DNA of 64,000 bases from Macrostomum hystrix (GCA_950097015.1 CATNEN010000032.1:248001-312000), one strand, 5' to 3'; counted from the stretch's first letter, positions 35,860 through 48,671 are shown. The notes: generated by a model not told the origin, from the letters alone. Program-made: numbers and translations.

Positions 35860-36812
35860 TAGATGTCTGAAGAAGCTCGATATGAGAAGATGGTAAGTGT
35901 GAGAAGAAGGTAGATGAGAGAACAAGGTAGATGTGAGAACAAAGTAGATGTGAGAACAAGGTTGATGTGAGAAGAAGGTAAGTGTGAGAAGAAGGTAGAT
36001 GAGAGAACAAGGTAGATGAGAGAACAAGGTAGATGAGAGAACAAGGTAGATGTGAGAACAAAGTAGATGAGAGAACAAGGTAGATGAGAGAACAAGCTAG
36101 ATGTGAGAACAAGGTAGATGAGAAAACAAGGTAGATGACAGAACAAGGTAGATGAGAGAACAAGGTAGATGAGAGAACAAGGTAGATGAGAGAACAAGGT
36201 AGATGAGAGAACAAGGTAGATGAGAGAACAAGGTAGATGAGAGAACAAGGTAGATGAGAGAACAAGGTAGATGAGAGAACAAGGTAGATGAGAGAACAAG
36301 GTAGATGTGAGAAGAAGGTAGATGAGAGAACAAGGTAGATGTGAGAAGAAGGTAGATGAGAAAACAAGGTAGATAAGAGAACAAGGTAGATGAGAGAACA
36401 AGGTAGATGTGAGAAGTAGGTAGATGTGAGAAGTAGGTAGATGTGAGAAGTAGGTAGATGTGAGAAGTAGGTAGATGTGAGAAGTAGGTAGGTGTGAGAA
36501 GAAGGTAGATGTGAGAAGTAGGTAGGTGTGAGAAGGAGGTAGATGTGAGAAGTAGGTAGGTGTGAGAAGAAGGTAGATGTGAGAAGTAGGTAGGTGTGAG
36601 AAGGAGGTAGATGTGAGAAGTAGGTAGGTGTGAGAAGAAGGTAGATGTGAGACGAAGGTAGGTGTGAGAAGAAGGTAGATGTGAGACGAAGGTAGGTGTG
36701 AGACGAAGGTAGATGTGAGACGAAGGTAGGTGTGAGAAGAAGGTAGATGTGAGACGAAGGTAGGTGTGAGAAGAAGGTAGATGTGAGAAGAAGGTAGGTG
36801 TGAGAAGAAGGC
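35860..36812. repeat. Purine-rich minisatellite, 17-bp unit (AGGTAGATGAGAGAACA / GTAGATGTGAGAAGTAG), between the TNF-like genes
   Basis: Directly visible; variant types are arranged in blocks. Confidence 0.93.
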
Positions 36813-37786
36813 TAAGCGACTGATTCGCGCAAGTAAGCCAAAGAATGTTTTGAGTGTGCCACTTCCTAGACTAGGTTTTTTTCCAAGACTGCTTGTTCTA
36901 CTACGCAGTTGCACCGCGCTTCTGCCTCGGAACTTCCACCGGGTTTCCTGTTTCTACATTTAGATACTGCGAGATGAATTGCCATTTTGCCTATAATTTC
37001 CAGGAAAAATATACAAGTGCTATTGTACGCGTGAACATGCAATAATGCGGAAATCTATAGGCATTATTACTCGCAATTTAATTATTAAGTTCAAGAAGAA
37101 AACAGTTAGATTAGTGAAAAACTTTTCGATCCAGGATTTAGTAGTGCCATTAGACCCGAGTGCTGGGAACCAGATATCACCGCAGCTAGACTGCTTAAAT
37201 TTATTTAAACAGTTTAACAAAAAACCTGCCCTACCTTGATGTAAACTTGCCTGTCTGCGGTTTTAGCATCCTACAAATCTACTCTCGTATTATAATTGCT
37301 ATCCTTATCTCATTATCTGTTAAATTTTTAGGTACTAGCATTCGTTTTGTTGCTGTGCTTTGATTAAAAAGGTCTTTCTTATGCTCAGAAATTAAGATCT
37401 TCATTTAAAAGAGACAATTTAACAAGCATTTAAGTCCGCAATTCTACGAGAAAAAAGTAAAATTCAATACGAACAAGGATCTCTTTAGTGAGTCTTAATT
37501 GTCTTTTTTTCTCTGCACAGGGTCAGTCTGGCATTTTGGTTATGTTTTAAAGTGGGACACACTCGTAAAAACCTATTTTTAGAACTCTCATGACCTTCTC
37601 GGAATTCCCGCGGGGTAATCTGTGCGGGACAGAATGGAAAAACTGCCGAGAGCTCATTGGTTCTAGAAACTGAACTTCCTTATTATTAGCGATCTGCCCC
37701 TGGCTGTCTATATATTCCAGCTGTGTGCAGCTCTGAGCAGATTTTTATTATCTTTTTAAAGCTCTTTACTTATTGCCAGCTCAGGA

Positions 37787-38873
37787 ATGGCCGCCGTCAC
37801 CGCTGGTCATAAAATTGGCCTAGCCTTAGTTGTGCTAATCATAATTGGCTGCATTTGCTTCTCTGGCTTTGTTCTTTACCAACTGAAAAAAAACGACAAA
37901 GAATTCGAGCACGTAAGTTACCTGGACATATTGAGACGCCTCATTGCTCACTATCAGGCAATCAACTGATTTACCATTTGCAGAAGAATATCCATCTGAT
38001 CATCGATACCAAGGCTGTCAATAGCTGTCCGAACCCGGATATGACCAATGTACCCTGCTTCGAGGGTCCGAACCAATTTAAGACTAAAGGTGAGCTGACT
38101 TCATTTACAAGCGAATGGAAGGAAGAAAAGCGTTTGTTTATATTGAAAGCAATCTTTATTTTAGAAGGCAACTTGGGTCCACTGAAGTGCAAAGACGACT
38201 ATTACGACGAGGAGGGCGGCGTGAACAGCTGCGAAACTGTTGGCGACACTTTTCATCTGAACATTGAAAGGAATGCCATTGTGGTGCAGAAGCCGGGCAT
38301 CTACCGGATTTACGGACAGGTAAACTATTCAATAATTACTTCTATTTGAGCGTTTCCATGCCTAAGAGACGGGAGAATAAAAAAGTAAAAAACGGATTGA
38401 AGAAATACTACGAGTATTATCAGAGATGAATGAAATCAGACATCACATTAGCCACTAAAGCAAGTCGAATTGATATGGGAGACAAGGCACGGGAGAGATG
38501 AGACATAGATGCTAAGATGAAATGTTAGAAGGGGAGCTGAACCCACTCGCAATAGTGCATCCCACCTCTGTTACCATGGCATGGGGCACTGAGTTATTAT
38601 CATTTCAAACCCTGACAGGTGTCCTTCAAGGACACGATCAACTCGCCAGTTGTGGTCGCCCTAAGAATCAATGATCACAACTTTGTCCAGTGCCACCAGC
38701 AGAACCTGCAGCCTTCCGACGGTAAAACACGACCCTACACAACCTGCACAGTCAGCGGAGAGAGGCGGCTGCGTGAAGGCGACAAAGTGGCTCTATTCCT
38801 GCCCGAGAGCCTTCGCACGATCAACAGCTATCACAAGACCACCTTCTGGGGCATGATACTCATGGCCAATTAA
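37787..38873 (+). CDS. TNF-superfamily ligand-like protein 2 (type II membrane, Eiger/EDA-like), ~238 aa; exons 37787-37912, 37984-38319, 38619-38873
   Basis: TM (IGLALVVLIIIGCICFSGFVLY); THD motifs IVVQKPGIYRIYGQ|VSF, FVQCHQ...TTCTVSGERRLREGDKVAL, TFWGMIL. Both introns are GT-AG phase 0; total 717 nt is in frame. Confidence 0.88.
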
Positions 38874-39351
38874 CTTCGCGAATTGCTGAAAGTTAAACCA
38901 ACTGCCTTACCGAACTGAGCTAGTTTATGCTAATTTAGACAAATAATGGCCCACACCATACCGTATTTCACAGAAATCATTATGCACATACTCGTATGCA
39001 GCTAACAAAAGTACACGTATTCAAAAGCACTTTCTTTATTTATATTTTATTGTAAAACTTGTTTTACTACCTAGCATTGTAAACTTTGAGCACTAAATGA
39101 CTGCTAAATGACTGCTGTCTATTGAACACTAATAGACAGGAGCACATTATTTTGCTTGTTCTTGGTATTTGCTCTTAATAGTTTGGTTACGGAATAATTC
39201 GATATGTAAAACAATTTTAATGCTTCAATTGTCGAAATGGCAAACTATGAAATAGACTGCAAAAAACTGACTTTGATGCTTGCTTTTCGGCAGCTTAGCC
39301 CTATCATATAAAAAGTGGGACTTATAATAACTGATTTGTTGTCATGAGTGA

Positions 39352-42143
39352 GGGAATAGGCCACTGAACAATCAGGGAATAGGCCACTGAACAATCAGGG
39401 AATAGGCCACTGAATAATCAGGGAATAGGCCACTGAATAATCAGGGAATAGGCCACTGAACAATCAGGGAATGGGCCACTAAACAATCAGGGAATAGGCC
39501 ACTGAACAATCAGGGAATAGGCCACTGAACAATCAGGGCATAGGCCACTGAACAATCAGGGCATAGGCCACTGAACAATCAGGGAATAGGCCACTGAACA
39601 ATCAGGGCATAGGCCACTGAACAATCAGGGAATAGGCCACTGAACAATCAGGGAATAGGCCACTGAACAATCAGGGAATAGGCCACTGAACAATCAGGAA
39701 TGGGCCACTGAACAATCAGGGCATTGGCCACTGAACAATCAGGAATAGGCCACTGAACAATCAGGGCATAGGCCACTAAACAATCAGGGAATAGGCCACT
39801 GAACAATCAGGGCATAGGCCACTGAACAATCAGGGAATAGGCCACTGAACAATCAGGGAATAGGCCACTGAACAATCAGGGAATAGGCCACTGAACAATC
39901 AGGGAATAGGCCACTGAACAATCAGGGAATAGGCCACTGAACAATCAGGGAATAGGCCATTAAACAATCAGGGAATAGGCCACTGAACAATCAGGGAATA
40001 GGCCACTGAACAATCAGGGCATAGGCCACTGAACAATCAGGGAATAGGCCACTGAACAATCAGGGCATAGGCCACTGAACAATCAGGGCATAGGCCACTG
40101 AACAATCAGGGAATAGGCCACTGAATAATCAGGGCATAGGCCACTGAACAATCAGGGCTTAGGCCACTGAACAATCAGGGAATAGGCCACTGAATAATCA
40201 GGGAATGGGCCACTGAACAATCAGGGAATAGGCCACTGAACAATCAGGGCATAGGCCACTGAACAATCAGGGAATAGGCCACTGAACAATCAGGGCATAG
40301 GCCACTGAACAATCAGGGCATAGGCCACTGAACAATCAGGGAATAGGCCACTGAATAATCAGGGAATGGGCCACTGAACAATCAGGGAATAGGCCACTGA
40401 ATAATCAGGGAATAGGCCACTGAACAATCAGGGAATAGGCCACTGAACAATCAGGGAATAGGCCACTGAACAATCAGGGAATAGGCCACTGAACAATCAG
40501 GGAATAGGCCACTGAATAATCAGGGAATGGGCCACTGAACAATCAGGGAATAGGCCACTGAACAATCAGGGCATAGGCCACTGAACAATCAGGGAATAGG
40601 CCACTGAACAATCAGGGCATAGGCCACTGAACAATCAGGGAATAGGCCACTGAATAATCAGGGAATGGGCCACTGAACAATCAGGGCATAGGCCACTGAA
40701 CAATCAGGGAATAGGCCACTGAATAATCAGGGAATGGGCCACTGAACAATCAGGGAATAGGCCACTGAACAATCAGGGCATAGGCCACTGAACAATCAGG
40801 GAATAGGCCACTGAACAATCAGGGCATAGGCCACTGAACAATCAGGGCATAGGCCACTGAACAATCAGGGAATAGGCCACTGAATAATCAGGGAATGGGC
40901 CACTGAACAATCAGGGAATAGGCCACTGAACAATCAGGGAATAGGCCACTGAACAATCAGGGAATAGGCCACTGAATAATCAGGGAATGGGCCACTGAAC
41001 AATCAGGGCTTAGGCCACTGAACAATCAGGGAATAGGCCACTGAACAATCAGGGCATAGGCCACTGAACAATCAGGGAATAGGCCACTGAACAATCAGGG
41101 AATAGGCCACTGAACAATCAGGGCATAGGCCACTGAACAATCAGGGAATAGGCCACTGAACAATCAGGGAATAGGCCACTGAACAATCAGGGAATAGGCC
41201 ACTGAACAATCAGGGCATAGGCCACTGAACAATCAGGGAATAGGCCACTGAACAATCAGGGCATAGGCCACTAAACAATCAGGGAATAGGCCACTGAACA
41301 ATCAGGGAATAGGCCACTGAACAATCAGGGCATAGGCCACTAAACAATCAGGGAATAGGCCACTGAACAATCAGGGAATAGGCCACTGAACAATCAGGGA
41401 ATAGGCCACTGAACAATCAGGGAATAGGCCACTGAACAATCAGGGAATAGGCCATTAAACAATCAGGGCATAGGCCACTGAACAATCAGGGAATAGGCCA
41501 CTGAACAATCAGGGCATAGGCCACTGAACAATCAGGGAATAGGCCACTGAACAATCAGGGCATAAGCCACTGAACAATCAGGGAATAGGCCACTGAATAA
41601 TCAGGGAATAGGCCACTAAACAATCAGGGCATAGGCCACTGAACAATCAGGGAATAGGCCACTGAACAATCAGGGAATAGGCCACTGAACAATCAGGGAA
41701 TAGGCCACTGAACAATCAGGGAATAGGCCACTGAATAATCAGGAATGGGCCACTGAATAATCAGGGAATAGGCCACTGAACAATCAGGAATGGGCCACTG
41801 AACAATCAGGGATTAGGCCATTAAACAATCAGGGATTAGGCCATTAAACAATCAGGGCATAGGCCACTGAATAATCAGGAATGGGCCACTGAATAATCAG
41901 GGAATGGGCCACTGAATAATCAGGAATGGGCCACTGAATAATCAGGGAATAGGCCACTGAACAATCAGGGAATAGGCCACTAAACAATCAGGGATTAGGC
42001 CATTAAACAATCAGGGAATGGGCCACTGAATAATCAGGAATGGGCCACTGAATAATCAGGGAATGGGCCACTGAATAATCAGGAATGGACCACTGAATAA
42101 TCAGGGAATAGGCCACTGAACAATCAGGGAATAGGCCACTAAA
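39352..42143. repeat. Minisatellite, 23-bp unit AGGGAATAGGCCACTGAACAATC, ~120 copies
   Basis: Directly visible 2.8-kb tandem array with interspersed single-base variants. Confidence 0.98.
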
Positions 42144-42623
42144 AAATGGCTTTGCCATAGAAAATAAAAGCGAGTTGTTCAGGCTTTGCTAGACAATTTA
42201 AATTTTGTTTATTTTCTCAAATGTACTCACTATAAATTGCGAGCTCAAACTCTAGCACAAGGCCGCAGCTTACAGTCTCTTTATTGTAAGAGCGAAAGGA
42301 GAGACAACGTGTCCGAACTGAGTGTACCTGATATTGCATGCTCTCGGATTATAATAGCTAAATAAAAAAACTAAGTTTGAGCTCTTTGCGAAGCGACACG
42401 TTATGCGGATGAGCTCAATTTTATATTTATCGTCAAACTAATTAGCTCAATGCTATTAAAGGTTATATGCTTATCTCTATATGGCTAGAGAATAGTGTAC
42501 ATTAGCTTCGCACAAGCTATCGAGTAATCAGAAAAAAATTTAATACGTAACATCTGGGATTCATAAAACATTGATATGGGAGACAAGGCACGGGAGAGAT
42601 GAAGACATAGATGCTAAGATGCT

Positions 42624-42985
42624 AAGCCGCTCTACTGTAGGACCCATTGAATAGCTGCTCTACTGTAGGACCCATAGAATAGCCGCTCTACTGTAGGACC
42701 CATTGAATAGCCGCTCTACTGTAGGACCCATTGAATAGCCGCTCTACTGTAGGACCCATTGAATAGCTGCTCTACTGTAGGACCCATTGAATAGCCGCTC
42801 TACTGTAGGACCCATTGAATAGCCGCTCTACTGTAGGACCCATTGAATAGCCGCTCTACTGTAGGACCCATTGAATAGCTGCTCTACTGTAGGACCCATT
42901 GAATAGCCGCTCTACTGTAGGACCCATTGAATAGCCGCTCTACTGTAGGACCCACAGAATAGCCGCTCTACTGTAGGACCCACAG
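42624..42985. repeat. Minisatellite, 28-bp unit AGCCGCTCTACTGTAGGACCCATTGAAT
   Basis: Directly visible, about 13 copies. Confidence 0.95.
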
Positions 42986-43634
42986 AAAGTGACATAGCTA
43001 ATTAAAAATGTATTTGTAAATAACTGAGGTCATATTTGGACTCCAGAGGTGCAGAAATTCGTTAATTCAAGACAAAAAACTTAGCTGTAATAGAACCTAT
43101 CGAAACTTGTAAACATGCTGCGCAAATATATTTTCATGTTCAGCAGAAAAGAATCCATAAAACTTGAGTCACACTACTGATACAAAAAAGTAGCAAAATG
43201 TGTAAATAAACTCTGAAAAAATGAGATCTATAGCGAAGGTTCGTTGCCGAAAATAATTGTTCACACATGAAACGAAACTTATATTCAGTCACAAATGGAT
43301 TTGGTAACAATTTCAACTCTATTGTGTACATTTGGCGGGCATTGGCAAGATAGTGGAAATAGTATAGTTATAAACGAATATTGTTAACAAGCGAGCAAAA
43401 TTATTAATGGGAATATTAGAACTGATTCATAAATGTCCTAAATGAGTCAGGTAAGCATTACTGGTAAAATAATCTAATTAAAAGTGAAATAGCACGAAAA
43501 CAATATAGGCTTCTTGAATAAATCTCTCCCATTTTAGCGCTTATGACCTGTGTAACAATTTAACAGTTAACGTTTGTAGAAAATCGTGTAAAAGCAACAT
43601 AAATAGGATTTTATTGTTTATAACAAATCTGCGT

Positions 43635-44150
43635 CCGTCCGTCCTACATGTGAGAGTCTGACTGCCCTGTGTGTCTGTCTGTCTGTCCTGTGAGTCTGTC
43701 TGTCTGTCTGTCCTGTGAGTCTGTCTGTCTGTCTGTCCTGTGAGTCTGTCTGTCTGTCTGTCCTGTGAGTCTGTCTGTCTGTCCTGTGAGTCTGTCTGTC
43801 TGTCTGTCCTGTGAGTCTGTCTGTCTGTCCTGTGAGTCTGTCTGTCTGTCTGTCCTGTGAGTCTGTCTGTCTGTCTGTCCTGTGAGTCTGTCTGTCTGTC
43901 TGTCCTGTGAGTCTGTCTGTCTGTCCTGTGAGTCTGTCTGTCTGTCCTGTGAGTCTGTCTGTCTGTCCTGTGAGTCTGTCTGTCTGTCTGTCCTGTGATT
44001 CTGTCTGTCTGTCTGTCCTGTGAGTCTGTCTGTCTGTCTGTCCTGTGAGTCTGTCTGTCTGTCCTGTGAGTCTGTCTGTCTGTCTGTCCTGTGATTCTGT
44101 CTGTCTGTCTGTCCTGTGATTCTGTCTGTCTGTCTGTCCTGTTAGTCTGC
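43635..44150. repeat. Compound microsatellite (GTCT)n punctuated by CCTGTGA
   Basis: Directly visible. Confidence 0.95.
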
Positions 44151-44179
44151 CAGACTGTCAGCTGGTCTCATCCAGCTTC

Positions 44180-45050
44180 CTAATCCGCATCGCCCTCCGG
44201 CTTGGGCAGGGCGCTGTGATGCCTGTGAGCCTTTTTCTGGCGCCTGGCCTGTCCATCAGACCAAGGCTTGTCGGCTTCGCCATCTCCGTCGGCACCGCAG
44301 TCAATCTGCGATTCTGATTCGTCGGAGTCTCCCGCGCCGGCCTCCAATTCCGTCTGGCTGTCCATCGTCTCCGGGGACACCGCGGCAGCGATGGCTTCCT
44401 CCTCGGACCTGACTGCCAGCCAGCCGACGGCTACACCGCCGCCACCAACCCGATCGGTGATTTCGCTTCGACTAAAATGCCGTCGCCACAGACGGCTCTT
44501 TGACACAGCCGGCGACCGTCGGTACAGCAGTGTCAGCAGCGAGGCCAGCCCGATGACGGCATTCAGCAGCCAATCGCAGCAGCTGGTTGCGCAAGTCGGA
44601 GGCCAGGTAGACTCTCAGTTCGGCGCTGGCATTGTAACTGCGGCCGGCGCCAACAGCATGCAGCACGCACAGGTAGAGCCCCGAATCGGATCTGCTTACA
44701 TTGAAACCAGTCAGGGTGCCATTGAAGGATTGAAATGTTGTCCAATTCGATTTAGGTTTGTCGCCCGATGGGTCTTCGACAGTTGACGGAACTGGCGTAC
44801 CGTCAGGCAGGTGCCAGACCAGATCCAGGTGAGAATGATGGCCAGAAAATTGCAAAGACTCAGAGATTTGACAGTGAATTGTCAGCTGGGAGCCAGCCAG
44901 AAGTGATTGTTGAAACGGATGCGTGCTCAGGGCTCTATGAGACTCCGCCTCCTCCCCTGCTGAGTCGTCCGCCGACGATAGAGACGGCAGCAACAGCAGC
45001 AGCAACAGTACCGATGTGAGCAAAAGTTCAGCTGGGCGATCGATCAGCAT
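44180..45050 (-). CDS. Single-Ig-domain type I membrane protein 1 (signal peptide, Ig, TM, acidic tail); one-base frameshift between Ig and TM
   Basis: Signal peptide (LLLTSVLLLLLLLPSLSSA); Ig with LTIHC...LVW...NGTL..FNVSRSDSGLYLC. The TM (WLLNAVIGLASLLTLLY) and acidic tail (ORF ending 44180) lie in the +1 frame, with the shift at ~44560-44600. Intronless. Confidence 0.75.
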
Positions 45051-45668
45051 TCACTATTGATTGATCGATTGGCTGCAGATAAATCGAAGACGATACGAGC
45101 GTATGTATTGAAAAAGCTGTCTTTATCTTACGCTTTTCTGGTAGATCGCACCTATCTCTGTCCTTATTTTTATGGAATTATTAACTGTTTTAGAACAAAC
45201 CTTATTCGTATTTAGCTATCACATTACAAAGTTCTTATATTGCTTATTCGTACTTATAGCAGTTTAGAAAGAGGTTAGCAAAATGACCACTTGAAAATTA
45301 ACAAAAATATGAACTGAGTCAGTACGACATCTCATTATATTTTTTTGGAGACCATTAAAAACTCGAGAGACACAGTTAAGTATTTTAAAGGGCAATAAAT
45401 AGAATTTGTTAAAAATAACTTCAAAAAGCCGGAGAAGAGAGACGAATTCGGTCACATGGGGCATGAAATTACTGTGCACAGGGGCTTAAAACTGTTGGTC
45501 AAATCCATAAAATCTTAATAATAACTGTCAGACGGATGGGCCGAGTGTGAAGTTGTTACGGAAGCAAATATTTATAATATCTGCAGTAAGACTACACAGC
45601 TGATCTTGAAACAAAAGAATATTAAAATAAATTTTAAGTAAAAGTTCGCTTATTTCAGAGAAAATCTG

Positions 45669-46215
45669 GGGGAATTCCAAACCGAAATTCCAACGAGGAT
45701 TCCAACGAAAATTTCAAGGGAATTCCAACAGAGATTGCGACGGGGATTCCGAAGCGAAATCCGACGGGAATTCCAAAGCGAAATTCCAACAAAGATTCCA
45801 ACGGAAATTTCAAGGGAATTCCAACAGAGATTGCGACGGGGATTCCGAAGGGAAATCCGACGGGAATTCCAAAGCGAAATTCCAAAGAGGATTCCAACGG
45901 AAATTTCAAGGGAATTCCAACGGAGATTGCGACGGGGATTCCAACGGGGATTCCGAAGGTTAATTTGACGGGATTTCTAAAGGGAAATTCTAACGGGGAT
46001 TCCAACGGAAATTTCAAGGGAAATCCAACGGAGATTCCGAAGGGAAATCCGACGGGAATTCCAAAGCGAAATTCCAAAGACGATTCCAACGGAAATTTTA
46101 AGGGAATTCCAACGGAGATTCCGACGGGGATTCTGAAGGGAAATCCGACGGGAATCCCAAAGGGAAATTCTAACGGGGATTCCGAAAGGAAATTCGAACG
46201 AGGATTCTAGTGGCA
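45669..46215. repeat. 96-bp higher-order repeat of ~12-bp GGAATTCC/GGGATTCC/GGAAATCC subunits
   Basis: GGAATTCCAAA(C/G)CGAAATTCC recurs at 45671, 45767 and 45863 (96-bp period). Confidence 0.85.
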
Positions 46216-46865
46216 ATTTTAAGGGAGTTCACTTTTCGAAAGGAAAGAAAGAAAATCATTTTTTGAAAGTTTTTTTTCCACAATTTTTTTTATTTTAGTT
46301 CAGGCGCATTTTAGAATACGCCACATACAAAAATATCTGGTTGATAGATACAGAAAAAACACAGTTAGGCAGGGCAAGATACAGTAGTGAATATAAAAAC
46401 TCAATATAATAATAGCTTTTCTTGAAACTGTGCTTAATTTGTTCGACCAAATCAAGTAGATATTGTTTCCAGCTGTTAAACAAAATACTTAGAAATATAG
46501 AAAAACACTGCAAGAGTGAAGCTGTGATTGTGGTAAGCGATAAAATTGAAAAGATTTCTAATTTCTAAGAAAAATGTAAAAAATCGAATAAATTCCGCAA
46601 CAGAATTGTAGAATTTGAGGAGACAAAAAATTGTTCATGTGGCGAATGAAGCTTTGTTAGAAATCGATGATTTTACTCAGCAAAAAACGCGTTGATTAAA
46701 CAAAAAGTTATCAATTAGACAGAAATTAAGATTGTTACAACAGTATTAATTAGGTTAAAAAATACTTTTCCCAAACTTCATTTTTGTGACAGTTCAATTA
46801 TTTTATAGGAAGAATCTCTTCGTTATTATTATTCATATACAATTCGATATTTACTAATTCTATTA

Positions 46866-47900
46866 ATAATTCACAAATTCCATTAATTATTCAAAAATTC
46901 CATTAATTATTCACAAATTCCATTAATTATTCACAAATTCCATTAATTATTCACAAATTCCATTAATTATTCAAAAATTCCATTAATTATTCACAAATTC
47001 CATTAATTATTCACAAATTCCATTAATTATTCACAAATTCCATTAATTATTCACAAATTCCATTAATTATTCACAAATTCCATTAATTATTCACAAATTC
47101 CATTAATTATTCACAAATTCCAATAATGAATCACCAACTCCATTAAAGATTCACCAATTTCATTAATGATTCACAAATTCCATTAATGATTCACCAATTT
47201 CATTAATGATTCACCAATTCCATTAATGATTTACCAATTCCATTAATGATTTACCAATTCCATTAATGATTCACCAATTCCATTAACGATTCACCAATTC
47301 CAAATATGAATCACCAACTCCACTAATGTTCACCAATTCTATAAATAATTCACAAATTCCATTAATGATTCACCAACTCCATTAATGATTTACCAATTCT
47401 ATAAATGATTCACCAATTTCATTAATGATTCACCAATTCCATTAATGATTCACCAATTCCATTAATTATTCACAAATTCCATTAATTATTCACAAATTCC
47501 ATTAATTATTCACCAATTCCAATAATGAATCACCAACTCCACTAATGATTCACCAATTCCAATAATGAATCACCGACTCCATTAATGAATCACCGACTCC
47601 ATTAATGAATCACCGACTCCATTAATGAATCACCGACTCCATTAATGAATCACCGACTCCATTAATGATTCACCAACTCCATTAATGATTCACAAATTTC
47701 ATTAATGATTCACAAATTCCAATAATGAATCACCGACTCCATTAATGATTCACCAATTCCATTAATGATTCACCAATTCCATTAATGATTCACCAATTCC
47801 ATTAATGATTCACCAATTCCATTTATGATTCACCAATTCCAATAATGAATCACCAACTCCATTAATGATTCACCAATTCCATTTATGATTCACCAACTCG
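46866..47900. repeat. AT-rich minisatellite, 20-bp unit TTCACAAATTCCATTAATTA grading into (T/A)TCACC(A/G)A(T/C)TCCATTAATGA
   Basis: Directly visible. Confidence 0.95.
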
Positions 47901-48170
47901 ATTAGTGACTTTAACTAAATTTGCGATTTACCGTTTTATGATAAGGTAATTAATTAATTTCATATTTACTTAAATTTATCAGTGATTTATACTTTATACT
48001 TTTATTTAAACTTAATTTATACTAAATTTATACTTAAATTAAAATCAGTGACTTACTAATTAGTTGTGACTTACGAATCCATTAAATTTTATTACATTTT
48101 CCAATTCCGTTCCGAAGTTAAAAGATTCTGATTAATGAATAAGCTTAGCCACCTGTCAATCAATCAGGTG

Positions 48171-48671
48171 TCAAACTATGCCATTAGCAGAGGATCTGCG
48201 CGTGAGCACTAGTGACAGGGTGCACAGTATGGCTACCACAATGGCCAGTCCGCCGTCAATAGAATAGATCACAGCCAGGATGGTGGCATAGGAGGGCATC
48301 TCGTACACCAGCACAGAGGCGGAGGCGGACAAGCCGCAGGCGTCCAGGGTGCAGTTGTACACGCCGGAGTCGCTCAGGCTGGCATTGGAGCAAATCAGGG
48401 TGCCATTAGTAGAGGAGATTCTGGCGTCGGTGACAACCGGCCCGCTTGGCGACACCCAGCTGAGCGCGCCGGCCGAATAGTTGACTGCGCAACCGGACAA
48501 TGGCAGGCTGCAGGTGAGGCTGAATGAGCGGCCAACTCCGGCGGATGTTTGAGTAGCTGACAGGGTGAGGGCCGGCGGGCTGGCTTCCTGGGCCAAGGCC
48601 AGGCCTAACAGCATTATTGTTGCCAGGGAGACTGAGCGACTCCAGGTGAAAATGGACTGATTGGTTGGCAT
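48171..48671 (-). CDS. Single-Ig-domain type I membrane protein 2, 166 aa, intronless
   Basis: ATG at 48671; signal peptide (SLATIMLLGLALA); Ig with FSLTC...LSW...NGTLICSNASLSDSGVYNC; TM (ILAVIYSIDGGLAIVVAILCTLSLVL); short tail RRSSANGIV*. Confidence 0.85.
   Translation of the reverse strand: MPTNQSIFTWSRSVSLATIMLLGLALAQEASPPALTLSATQTSAGVGRSFSLTCSLPLSGCAVNYSAGALSWVSPSGPVVTDARISSTNGTLICSNASLSDSGVYNCTLDACGLSASASVLVYEMPSYATILAVIYSIDGGLAIVVAILCTLSLVLTRRSSANGIV

Noticed and set aside
33571-36914. 300+ aa ORFs (NHQNHGVEPID, VVYGFHTM, FSHLP repeats)
   Set aside because: Products of the 33-bp and 17-bp arrays; no phase-0 route joins them to TNF1 exon 1.
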